64,000 bases of DNA from Tubiluchus corallicola (taxonomy: Eukaryota; Animalia; Priapulida). The notes under the pieces were generated by a model. That model was not told where the DNA came from, made no database searches, and saw nothing but the letters and a program-made list of their open reading frames with translations. Positions 27,101 through 39,300 of this stretch are shown here, in pieces. Numbering within the stretch: position 1 is the first letter of the stretch; every line of letters begins with the position of its first letter. The position numbers were made by a program, and so were the translations under genes. Location: assembly GCA_030141605.1 (NCBI GenBank), contig JAQGDQ010000396.1:62001-126000 (forward strand), given 5' to 3'.

Positions 27101-30100
27101 TAACACGACATAACTTATCAACCCACAACAGTTTCACGCAGACAACTTCATACAACTTTATCTTACCAATTTCTGGTTTACTGTTGTAATAACTGTTGTT
27201 TTGGCTAAAGTTTACAATTCCCCACACACTAGAAATTGGTCCGTGAAGTAGATTAGAGTTAGGGTTAGGGTCAAATTAGAGTTGTGCTAGGGTTAAGGTT
27301 TGGGTTAGGGTATTTAAATTGTGAAGGGAATTGTAAACTCCTTCCATTGTTTTTATCTGACACGAGTCTACATGCATTTGGTCAGCTTTGCACTTTAACT
27401 GCAGTGAATTTGAAAAAAGGAACTAAAACAAAAATGGTAGCCTAGACCCAACAAAACCACTGACTGCAAACAGCTGCATCGTTTCTTGAATAAAAATAAT
27501 TTACACACTTATATACGAGGGCCTGGAATTTACTAATCACTAGAAAGTTGGTAATTAAATGTCAAATTTGTAAAAAGATACGAGTATGCATGTAATATAG
27601 TTACAAACAGTAAATACTCTGATGAGAAACAGTGCAACTTCGAATCAAAAATGAAAGTTATAATTTAATGATTAAAATGATTTCAAAGCATGTAATATTA
27701 TTAAACTCTATCACTTTAAGGTGACTATATATATCTATAGCAGACTGAAACAGCATTCAACCTTTTCAACAGTTAAACTACTGCCGACTAACCTTGAACC
27801 AAAATCTGAAGTAGAGTTAAAAGGGGACGAAGCTAGCAAATCATCGGCAGTCAGCATGGATGACTTCCTGTCTTTTCGTATTCGTCGCATTTTCTTTCTG
27901 GGTTTTTTAAAAGCAATCATCTCTTCGTGTGTGTAGTATTCGTTTGCTAACTCCAAGTGAGGCAACTGCAGAGTTTGCTGTCAAACAAAATGAAGTTAAA
28001 ATTTTACTATTACATTACTAATAAATAGCCTGGTCTAAGAACTTTTTCATACTCTTTTTGATTTTCCCAAAGTTTTTTCTCCATAGATCTCTGCCAGTAG
28101 AACTCTTTTAACATTTTAATTTTTAGGATATTTTCTTATTCTTCTTTCATTTGATAAACTCAAACTATAAACATCACTAGATAAAACTGAGTTTCAAAAG
28201 TATATCCCACACATTTTCGAAATAATAACCACAATGGAATACAAATATTATTGGATAGCGTCACATAATTGGTATATTGAGATGGGGATTCATGGCATTG
28301 TAATTGGTTGACAGACTGGTCAGTATATAAATGAATGAACCAATTAGATAATCGCACGAGGTGGTTTCATACGCTATACTCATTCTGGTTGGTTACCTCA
28401 TACAGTAGCAGCAGCAGCCTAAGATACCTCTGCTGGTTCAGTAGCTTATTTTACAGGCATACGCTTGATTATAAATGAGATTCTGGTCTCAACTTGACCA
28501 CTAAATTGAGCAAATTGAGAAGGAATACAAAGCCTTAAACATAACAGTATGGCAGTATGTAACAAATTGTGAATAGAAATAAAAACTTCACTAACAGCCA
28601 TTTTTTCGTACAAGTGAAGCAAATTTCAGTGACTGAGCACACATGATTATAAGAAATCTTTTTAACCTATTTTATATAAATATATTTAAAAATCTTTAAA
28701 AAAGCATGCAATGAAAGAACGATACTCACAGCTTGTTTTCTTAAGTCTGATTGTATAGCTTCCATTGTTCTTTCTTTAGATGTGTCTGCACTTCCATCAA
28801 CTCCAAGTTTGAACTTACTTTTCTTTTCACCCTCTATTGTTTCATCATATTTGTCGAGAAGGTTTTTCTTATGGAACTGCAATAAAAACAAAGGGATGTA
28901 ATTATTAACAAATATGCAGCAAGCAATTTGCATAATACGACAGCAGAAACCAGAAATGAAACAGGCATACAAACAAAAAATTAATTAATTAATTATGATT
29001 TTAATTGCAAAGATTATTATTAATAAGCAAATGAACCTACAATTATTAAATTTTTAAAATCAAAATTGGCTGATAGGAGTGAAATGTGAAAAAATAGTGA
29101 CTGAGCCTGGAAAATGAACTTATGGATTGAAAGCCAAATGCAATAACCTCTAGAAAACACAGAAACTTATGAACAAGGCAGACCTTAATGTTAAAAGCCC
29201 AAAAACCATCTGAGCATTTCCAACTTTGAATTGTAGTGCACACTGCTCAAACAGTCAACTATAATATACTTGCTTGTGAAAATAAACGTCGTTAATTCAC
29301 CTGTCGTCAACTTAGGTGAACCAGTTAGCATGTTGACGTGATTCACCCAAAGCTGGGTGCTGTGCTAGATATAATATTACTAAGCAATGAAACAGCTAAA
29401 TGCAATGTGCATAAACTTGCAAAGTTGTGCATTGGGCTTGCATCATTTACAGTTTTTACACAATAAGTAATTTAAAACAGGAAAAAGAAATAAAAAGTTT
29501 GTAAAACTACAGCAAATAAAGTGAGAACAAAAGCGATGAGAGTGAGTCATCTACTGAATAACAGCGACCGATACGACATTATGAGGTAAGGAAACCAAGT
29601 GAACGCAAAAGATCCATTTGGTTGGCAATTGCGCATATTTACACACAAATACTTACCATGCCAAATTCGTCATAATTGCCTTCGTCATAGGGTTTATAGT
29701 CTGGTCGTTTCTTGCGTAAATCCACATTTTTCTTTGCCAGTTCTTCATCCAAAATATTAACGTTAACAAGCAGATCATCATCTTCATCAAGAATACCTGA
29801 AATGCACAGATGGTGAATTAGCAAGCAATATGTACATATTCATTTGTAGGCTTGTTTAGCCCTGATTCCACAGTTGATTTTGTCAATTTAGTCTATAGTC
29901 TTTAGTATATTACCTGATAACTTTAAGATGCAGTTGCATTCTAGGAAATAATAAACCTAACATTTATAAGCACAAGAAGGTACAAAAATACCAACTTCTA
30001 ATAAAATAAAAAAAGTAAGGTCAGCCAATGTCACCAGTAGATAGAATGCACAGCCAAGTGGCCTCATGTGTATAATTCGTGTGAATGGTTCATGACTGGC

Positions 30101-33100
30101 CATAGATATTTGCTCTGGTGTTTCATTTACCATGTTTATTAAGTGATTATGGCTGTTTAATTCATAAAGGAAAGATGTCAGGTAGTCGTCGAATTGTAAT
30201 CACAATCGAGACTGGTAGATTGGCCGTAGGACGAATTGTACGTAAGTCGGACACGTCAATTACAGCGGTGTACCCTACAAGGAGGATGTTGTGAGTGTAC
30301 GTACACTAAGCATGGTTGTGCCTACGTTTAATTTATCAAAACGGATAGCGATTTAAAGTTAATTTGTTTAAAAAATAGAAACTAACAAGAGTTATAGTTG
30401 GCTCTGTATAATTAATTAATTATGTTGCAGTTGGGTTGTAAAGTCGTAATTCGCATAAGTAGCAACTCGACGACTATCTGTATATAAATGCAAATGCAGC
30501 TAAACTACATCAAACGGTTCAGTGGCCAATTTAGGGGGGTATTTATGATCACAAGTGAGCCAGAAAGTTTGTAATAAATTTAGAAAGGCCTAGAGAAATT
30601 GCTGGATTGTCAATAATAGAGGTGGGAATACCTGTGCAGTTGCTAAAAAGATGTTGTGACACGGTTTCTTGCAAAAAACTACAAATAGGTTATTGGAATT
30701 ACAAATTTTAAGGTCGGCAAGAAAAACTTAGAATCGATCAGAATAGTGGAACTAGATAAGTGATTCAGACTTAAGCTGTTAGGTTTTTTACTTTCCACAG
30801 CACAATAGTTATCATAATTTTGTCTATTTTGTCATAATACTTACAATTTTAAGGGTTGTAATATATCAAATGTTTGACTTTATATCATCTCATTTCGTGA
30901 GAAAAACAGTTTTTTCCACTCAGTATCTTGCAAAAAGGCTGAGGAGAAACTGCAGTTACGTGATACATGTGTAATACTTCGAATACACTTTATGTATAGT
31001 GATAAGAACAGCACTAGAGAAAACAATTTCTTACCGCGATCTTTAAGAGTTAAGATTACATGATGTCCTTCCCCAAAAGCATCTTTAGAATGTTCAACGG
31101 CCAGTCCTCTCAAATGTTGAGCAGTATAAGCCTAAAACAAACAGTTTGCACATAATTGTAAAACAGGAGGTTTTATAAGGAATAGTTAATTAAAGAAACA
31201 TGTATCTAAAATGCATTAGGAAATCCATTAAAGACATAGTAAAATGACGGTGGTCATGTATGTATCTTTCATTTGGCCGTGTATCAAAATAAATGAAGGT
31301 TAATCACTGAAAATCGAAGAGTTAACGAATCTTCTCTGCTGAGTTCTTTAATTGACATGTTTACCCGATTTTGCACTTTCTGCTTTTCAGCAGCAAAATC
31401 TGCTTCAACCAAATCACCAATGCCGAATTCATTGTCCATCTCTTCAAGCAGCTTTGCCTGAAACAAAATTAGTTAGTTTAGTAACTTGCTAAAATAACCG
31501 CGCATTTTTGCAAATAGAAAAGTTACAAATTGAAAAATGTATACATGTTTTACGGATGTAGCGTTACAAGGAAGAAATGTTAAAATAATTAATGAAAAAT
31601 ACACAAAATTTGTGTTTTCAGAAGTTACCCTTTTTGCTGCCATCTGCCGCTCGACTTGCTGCTTCCGAATTTTTTCCACCCAGGCAGCAGCACTGTCATC
31701 TTCTTCATCTGATTCACCTAAAGTCTTTATTTTGCTACATCAAACAATATTTTTTATTAAAATTAATAAAGTAATGCAAACATTCCATTCATAATATTTC
31801 ATTTACCACATCTCAGCGGTATTTTTATAACTGAATAATATAGTAAGTCCTTGCTAACGACTTCTCATTTAGTGACATTTCGTTTCAATTACGATGAACT
31901 TTCAACAGCCTTTTCACTTAATGATAAATGTTTTTCCAACAAAATTTTTGGAGCTACTTTCACTGAAATTTTGTTTGTAGTCTTGGAGCTTCATAAAGAG
32001 GCCACTGCTAGTAGAAGTTAAATATATTATGTTTGCTGCACTGATCAAAAGCACACTGCCAGAATTGGCATGATTTACTGTACTGGGACTTCTTGACAGC
32101 TTAGAAACAGCTCTCCAGTGGGATAACAGCTATGTTTAGCAGCTACTGTACATGCACCTTGTCGGAACAAAAATTCATAACATCGGAAATGAAATTTGGC
32201 ATTTTAAAAGGACTTCATGCCAGAGAAAGAACAGCAGACATAAACCGAGTTTTTTACTCGTAATTGATCACCAATAGTGCAATGAAGAAAACCAATGCTC
32301 GCTATTTCAATTTTATGAAAGTAGTTAACCCTACAAAATTATTGTGCCTCCAATTTTACGCAAATTATGTAGTCGCTATGATAACACTACTATAAATGGT
32401 TATTTTTAGTATTTAGTAAACAAATAATCTATAAATTAAAGCAATAAAACACATGTTATATGAGCTAAGCATTTTTGAGTTTTACCATTGGGATATATCC
32501 CATGTTTAACAATATTTCCCATAGCAAGTATAGCTTCATTAAATGACAATGACGTCACATTTTGCCATCACATACTAAGTGCTGTCGTTAAGCGAGGTCT
32601 TAGAGTACACGACATTTACATAAGCTCTGTAAAACATAAAGTTGTCCGAGTGTTCCTAATTTTGATAAAACTTAATCAAAATTTCTTGGAATGTTGCACA
32701 TCTGTAACAGTGAAATTAAATTAGTTTTCGAAATTTGCTTCTTATATTATAAACATGCTTAGTAAGTGACTTACTTGAGTTTTTTGTTTATTTGTCTCTT
32801 TTCCTTTATCGCCTGAAGCTTCTCTTTTAAAATATCTGATCTCTTTTTTTCCGCCAAATTAATTGCTGGTACATGAATATCATCCTTTAAAGATTCTGTT
32901 TAAAAGTAAAATAGTTGTCAACCTTAGATATTTAAAAAAAATAAAAAATATTACCATGATCTGTTCCGATTTATCTCCGTTTTGCTCTTTTCACCAATTC
33001 CCGCTATTCTACAAATTGATTGTTGAAAAAGTGTGGTGAAAAGATTTGATAAAATACAAAAATATGCAATAAAAAGTGCAAAAAAGAATATCCCACACAC

Positions 33101-35575
33101 ACACATATATATATATATACACACAATTAACCATTTCCTAGTCAGTGAAGAATTTAGATCACCACACATATAAAAATATTAATTTGTTCTCGGCATTACA
33201 TGCTAATACATAGTTTATATCGTCTCTACTTTCAAAGAGCTATTTTTAGTTGAAAATTTAAACATGAATGTCTTCATGTTATTCAGCTGCAAAATTTACA
33301 ATATGGTGAGGTGAAAAGATTCTGCAGCTGGTCAATGCAAAAATAACTGGTATTTATGGCATTCACATTGCTGGTACTGCAACAAATTAATAATACAGGT
33401 ATCTTTGCTTATTTATTATAAGGGTCAATATTACTTGTTCACTAATCCCAATAGTCATATCCGAGTCTACACGTATTACTAATTGCCCAGGGCTAAGGAC
33501 TGATCGAAACAGAATATTAAATAGTATCTCGTACTACGTAAAATTCTGCTGTTTAATGCAAGGTCTTTGGTGACAGATTTTGTGGTGCCATTGTTTTCAA
33601 ATTTCTTCTTGTATGCAATATTTCTTATATGTTTTATGTCTTACTGCTTAATCATCTTTTTCTCGTCTTTATTTTTATTGTATTCATACATTGTATTCAG
33701 TTATTGCAGCTATGGTGAAACTTTTCAACAAAACCCATTATTAATTAACTTATTTATTATTTCATTTAAGAATTACTTACCTTTCTTGGATTTTTCAGTG
33801 CCATCACCAGTAGGTACATCGAGTGGTCGCAGTCCCAACTTTGCTCTGAGTTTGCTGCAGAGAGTAAAAATTTTTCAGTTATAAATTAGCAATGGTCTGA
33901 ACAGAAATTTAGATGAAAAAAAATCTGTTTAAGTCGAAATGCACAGATTAGTGTGGACAGTGGAAGATAAGTAAATCAGGCATCATAGACTAGACCACAA
34001 ATACTTTCAAATGATCAGCTCAATGGCTTCGTCTCAGTAGTAGACAACTTTATTCACATTCGTGTACTTTTAATTTTGAAAGATTTTACAGCATTTTACA
34101 GGCAAGAAAATGCAATATAGTGGTGGTAACATATAGAAATAAATAATAAATAAATAACAAAATAGAAAAAATAATAAAATATAACAGTCCTACAATTACG
34201 CCTGTTTTACAAGTAAAATCTGCCACCCGGAAAGCAGAATGTCTCAAGTTCGAGCACCAGGTAGATGCAAAAATTTTACAGACTTTTTTCTAATTTAGTA
34301 CTAATTTTGTGTGTTACTTGATTAAAGTATTTAGCAAAAAATGTGCATACATATAAGTCAACTCAAACATACTTTGTTTCTTCAATACTGAGGGCCAGCT
34401 CCCCACTAGCACTACCACCTTCAATGGTAATTTCTGGCTTAGCTGCACAACTGGAATCTGCAACAGCAACAAAAAAAGTTTAGAAAATACTGGACATCCT
34501 TAATTAATAGGAAATAACATTGCTTGTTAGTTTTCATTTTCACACAAAAACTTGCGTTAAACATAACTGCAACAGTTTAATCAACAAATTATACATAAAA
34601 AATTCACTAATCAGATTAGATAACAAAAATATATCATTAATGTGAGAACAAAAGTTGAAAGTTGAAAATAAAAACTGATAAACACATTCTCAGTTTGTTT
34701 GAAGCAGACTATGTATGGCCTAGTTTCTATTGTATATGATTTTCAGGTACTGTCATAAAAATGGGAATAAAGAAGCTGCCAGTATTGGATTTTATAACAA
34801 AATTCTGAATTTAAAATATTGTAACACTATTTAAAACAATGGGTTTACAAACAAATTATTTTAAATAAAGTGCATTGTTTTTTTGCTGTAGCGTATGTAC
34901 ACATTATTATTAGGTTATTAAAAATGATTTTATGCCATATTCCCTAAAAAAAACTGTACACTTAACTTTCACACATGAAAAACAGCAACAGTTATTTTGC
35001 TCAAGTACTCCCAATGTCCTCAAACTAAGCAGACACCTAACACAGCTCGATACAAATTATTTGCATGAATAAAAATTATAGCAAAAGCACGACTCTTTTT
35101 TATGTATTCGACTGAAAAAAAAGTCATCAGTTAAACAGTATAAATATTTATATAAAATGTAACTTCATGGATTTAACCTCTAGTGAAATTTTTCATATGC
35201 AAACCAAAACACTTTTTGTTTCTTGTAGTTGTGAAATTTACCTTTTTCGTTGGGCCAGTCATTTTCATAGGGACTAGATCCAAGGTTTACTTCTTCCCTT
35301 TTGACTGTTGTCTGGATTTCTGACTGACTGCTATTTAAGTAATTCAATGAGTAATCATCAAAACTGTCTTTAGCAGCTTTTGGCACATCATCAACAACAT
35401 CCAAGTCATTGTCATCGCCTGAGTACGATTTACGTCTGCGCTTTTCCTTTTTGGCTTTCTTTCGACGTTTTCGTTCTATCCGCTCTTCTTCAGTTTCGTC
35501 AGCATGTTTCCGCTTCTTTTTATGGCTGTGCGAATTGCTGAAGTCCTTGTCTTTCTCTTTCTTTTTTGTTCCCAT
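18179..35575 (-). CDS. SART1: U4/U6.U5 tri-snRNP-associated protein 1 (Snu66), 19 coding exons, ~823 aa
   Basis: Exons: 35575-35242, 34457-34373, 33854-33781, 32895-32775, 31734-31629, 31457-31365, 31131-31035, 29796-29657, 28876-28730, 27977-27793, 26501(or 26510)-26374, 25948-25809, 25478-25317, 24122-24012, 23102-23021, 22508-22415, 21518-21290, 19428-19307, 18200-18179. They sum to 2472 nt, in frame. Motifs: [86 protein letters not shown] and terminal NTIAKS*. Confidence 0.95.
20600..20927 (-). mobile_element. Tc1/mariner relic: TIR plus decayed transposase N-terminus
   Basis: The minus strand begins TACTAAGTTGAGGAAAAGTCCGGG (TA-initiated, mariner-like terminus). About 110 nt downstream is [18 protein letters not shown], resembling the paired-like HTH start of Tc1/mariner transposases. 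Frameshifted beyond that. Confidence 0.5.
25142..25185 (+). ncRNA. Degenerate minimal type-I hammerhead ribozyme motif (Penelope pLTR type)
   Basis: tgtagt-TTGATAA-T-GGCT aaagc AGCC-GAAA-CGATCG-AC-actca: stem I, core box, stem II, GAAA, palindromic stem III, stem I partner, followed by ATTAAA. Position 16.1 is A rather than the canonical U. Confidence 0.55.
27202..27346. mobile_element. Small non-autonomous DNA element with internal degenerate TTAGGG repeats
   Basis: Inverted repeats AGTTTACAATTCCC/GGGAATTGTAAACT, TGG...CCA ends, TTGTTT on both flanks (27196-27201, 27347-27352), and an internal TTAGAG/TTAGGG/TTTGGG tract at 27253-27310. Confidence 0.7.
30179..30480. mobile_element. pogo/Tigger-like MITE (~300 bp)
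   Basis: TIRs CAGGTAGTCGTCGAATTG and CAACTCGACGACTATCTG (16/18 complementary). TA follows the right end. Confidence 0.7.
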
Positions 35576-37730
35576 GTTGATAATAAAAACCTATTTGCTA
35601 AACTAGACAATTTCAAAATGTTTCAAACAACGAACTTTGTAACAACTGACATCTACCTTCAGCTGATGAACATGGCTCAATTACTCATCCTGAAAAATAC
35701 ACTTTAATGATTATATTATGGCTCTCATAAAGTAGTAGAGAAATCGGTGGATGTAGTGCATCCTCAATGTCTGAGTTAAAGTCCTAATATTTCCTTCCCA
35801 AAAGTAAATTAGTTTAATTTCGTTTGTTGAGTAATACGAAATGCAACTGAAACATAACTTATTGTGAGAGACAAAACTCTATTTATGGTCCATCACCATA
35901 ATACTGTTTTGTAATGGATAAACCCACAATTATAGAAATTTAACTAAACTAGATAAGTCAGACGGAAGAAAGAATATGTGAAAAAATCACGAATGAGACT
36001 AGGTTTAAATCGTCACCATGACAAAGGCAATGACGGCTTGATGTATTAGACAACCTGGCACTTTCATAGTCAAAACACAGATATCCAACTTGTCCTAATT
36101 ACTTACTCTATGCCTTCTACCCAAGTAGCTTTCATTTAGAAATTTATTTTCTTTTTGCCAATCAAGAATTAGGCTTTATATGCACTAATTATAATATGTC
36201 ATAATGATGTAGTGATTTGGAAAATTTCAAAACAAAAATATTTGGCTTAAGAAGTTTTATTTATTTCAGTGCATACTTAGTGTCATGTTGATAACCATAA
36301 AATTGGCTAACTTGGAGATCTGCACAGGTCCCAAAAAAGTGTGTTACAAAAATCTAGAGAAAAATTTATTTCCATTGGTTTAAAAAAATAATACCCTCAC
36401 GTGTTTAGCCGAAGTTATAAATAGTTATACATACATATACTAAACTACAATAACTGCAACTATAAGCTGATAACAAAAACAATATCGATAACAGTTTCTC
36501 ATAAAGAAATGCAAAAATGTCTTATTCATTAAAAATTGCAATAAATTGAATATTAATCAGATTAGAGTCGCCTCTGAAATTTGTGACGATTGACTTCTTT
36601 AAATAGTGTGAAAACTGAATATACATGAACTTCTCAATATATCATATTCTTGATGTCAGAAGACGGTATACGGAAAAGCTAGCTAGTAAAACCAGCAATT
36701 ATTTCAAAGAATTTTTTCGTTAAAGTAAGTTTTTTTTAAAAACTGTAAACCGTATAAGCAATATCATAAATCAACAACAACAGACTGCCACCGATCCTGC
36801 CACTATCGCTTCTATTATAAAAGATATGTTTTTGCATCTTTTTTACTGAAAACCCTGGAAACTTTCTGTCTGATGGATGGAATTACAATAAAATGACTAT
36901 GTCATTGAGACAAATAAATTATTTTGTATTCTGTAATAATACTTATAATATGGTATTTATTGTCAGATTATGTTTTCAAACATTATTGAGAGATTAGTGT
37001 ATATAGAACTTTATATAAGACAAAAGGACTAATTGTAGGGCGCGGAGTATGCTACTAGCCGAAGAAGGACACTTCCGCTAAACCGCATTGTAGAAAAGCA
37101 ATGTCGTATATGGGCAGTCCAAGTACGGCACTGGCGATTTCAGTCGAGAATCGAGAATTATGACATAATAATAAAACATAAAAATAAATTTGTTTTAGAA
37201 AAAAAGTAACTTTATAATAATGATGGATAGTCTTTGACAATTTATAAATGTATTTTTTTGCAATAATATCATCATTATTATTAGCTCCATTGATATCGTC
37301 ATAACATTAAGCTAAGAATCTAATGCTTTAAGGAGAGAAACTATGTAGGGCACTTAGCTCGCTAACCCGTTTACTTAGCAGAAAACAATTATTTGTCCAA
37401 GAGGTAGTGAAACGGATCACCTGTCTGTGAAGCAAGGCAAAATAAAAAAATTGTTGGAATCGCCTAGAAAGAGAGCTTATTTCACTTCAAAAAGATTAAT
37501 ATCGAAACCAATTTAATATTGGCCATTCTACTAGCTCAGAATAATTCTTTTATTTTATCAGATGTGTAATAAATTATTCAATAGATGATTACAGAAACAG
37601 AATGATAATAATAATAATAAATTATTGAACGTGTATTGACGTTTTCAATTATTATTATAATATTAAATAAACAAAGACAACGGACGCTGCCAGTACGCTT
37701 AACGACCCAATTCGTGAGCTGTGTCTAGTG

Positions 37731-37799
37731 TCCTACTTGGTCTAGCCCATGCATGACGCGTTCTACTTGGGCTAGCCCACGTACGCCGATCGTCCTACT
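37731..37799. repeat. Short GC-rich minisatellite (~30-32 bp unit, ~2.2 copies)
   Basis: TCCTACTTGGTCTAGCCCA.. / TTCTACTTGGGCTAGCCCA.. / TCCTACT. Confidence 0.7.
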
Positions 37800-37806
37800 C
37801 CGCTCC

Positions 37807-37930
37807 CAAATCAAATCAAATCATTTATTTTTTTTATCCCAATAACAATATAAATAAAAATAGATATAAATAAGAAAAGCCAAACAAAAGGGAAGGGGTG
37901 GCGAAAAACATTTATCGAATCAGCCACCCC
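37807..37930 (-). mobile_element. Truncated LINE/SINE 3' end with stem-loop and (ATTTG)3 tail
   Basis: Minus strand: GGGGTGGC..GCCACCCC hairpin, then AATAAATG-ATTTG-ATTTG-ATTTG. The hairpin resembles the one at 12890-12938. Confidence 0.6.
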
Positions 37931-38339
37931 ACACTAATAAATGATTACTTAGTCATATTGGAGGGGTCAAAAGCCGTCATTTATGCTCAACCCCTATCCG
38001 CGCTGTAATGAGAAGGGATCGTGCATGAGTTCAACTCCAGGTCCTGATTACACTGTAAAGAAGACTAACCACTTTTTTGCAAACAATCAAAATACAACAA
38101 ATCCTTACAAATGTCAAGCAAAGCTACCCGCTGGTATCTACCGCAATGCACTAAAATAGATGTCAACGCGAAACTGCAAAAAACTGTTTAAAAAATTTTT
38201 AACAAACGTTTACAGCACGTTACGCGAGTTATACCATTTTCATGATGCAATTGTCACCGTGTGCACGCTTTTGCTACTACCGCACCGTTGTAACCAGATG
38301 ACTTACTGTCCCTTCTTTACGACCTGCAGGCATCGCCAC

Positions 38340-39300
38340 GAATACAGCAAAGTGAAGAGTATAAAATATTTAGGTGGCTGGATACATGAAAAGAACAATT
38401 ATAGTACCATGTTACTTGAAAGAAAAAATAAAAATGAAATTTATGGTAAGGGAAATTAATAATTTTGGTAATCAAGCTAAAGTGGGTACTATTGCTATTT
38501 AATGTAAATTAAAAATGTTTGAAACAACGATAATACCAGCTTTACTATCAAATAGTGAAACGTGGACCAATATCAATGTTAGCGAATTGAAACTATTAGA
38601 GCACATTCAGTATAAAGCACTAAGCAAACTATTAAAATTAAAAAAGAAACACCATATTGGGGAATACTAGCCGAAACTGTCGAATGTATGGTCAACGAAA
38701 TTGAGGGTTTTATCCAAAAAATTAATGTTTTTAGAGAATTTGTCAAAATCAGATGATGACAGGATAGCAAAGCAAATAATACTAGAAAAAAGAGAAAGCG
38801 AATACTCTAAATGTTGGTATGCAGAAATCATTAAGAATTATCATATAGAACACGTAGCAGAAGCTTTGTTACAAATAACTAAATCTCAAAGGAAAAAGAA
38901 GGATAAACTTATACTAATCGATGATATAGAAGAGGAATTTGAGCAGAAAAAAGTCAATGTCAAAACTAAGATTTTTGAAAGTTTTTTTTCAGAAAAAGTC
39001 CAACGTATTAACTGGTCATGAAGCTCAAGCATAAGATTTAATGCGCATTAGACTAAACACGATAGACGTTAAAAGAAATTACTTGAGTAGTAACAAAAGT
39101 AACCTCAATTGCCCTATATGTTCAAGAAAAAAGACTCTACAGAACATGGTTTGGATTGTGAGTGGCTAAAGCACTTAAAGATAATGCAAGTGGATGCCAA
39201 CGACATGTCAAGACTGACTGCGCAAACCTTGCAACAGGTGTATCAAACTATCGAAGGGTTACTCAACTACAGAAAAGAAATTCAAATTATAACAAGTGTC
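38340..39300 (+). mobile_element. Degenerate RTE/RTEX-like LINE, RT C-terminal region and zinc knuckle
   Basis: Across frameshifts: VKSIKYLG, IIPALLSNSETWT, LKLKKETPYWGILAET, and CPIC..DSTEHGLDC (CCHC-like). Confidence 0.75.

Noticed and set aside
27253-27310. Interstitial telomere or chromosome-fusion scar
   Set aside because: The repeats are short, degenerate and enclosed by inverted repeats and a TSD, so they are part of a mobile element.
34225-34270. tRNA B-box-like GTTCGAG (and an A-box-like string at ~50070)
   Set aside because: No cloverleaf or correctly spaced partner box; at most decayed SINE heads.
36483-36490. DRE-like TATCGATA upstream of SART1
   Set aside because: A single 8-mer in AT-rich DNA with unknown TSS; cannot be distinguished from chance.
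37731-37799. Spaced repeats superficially like a CRISPR array
   Set aside because: Only ~2 units, spacers too short and similar, eukaryotic context, no cas genes.
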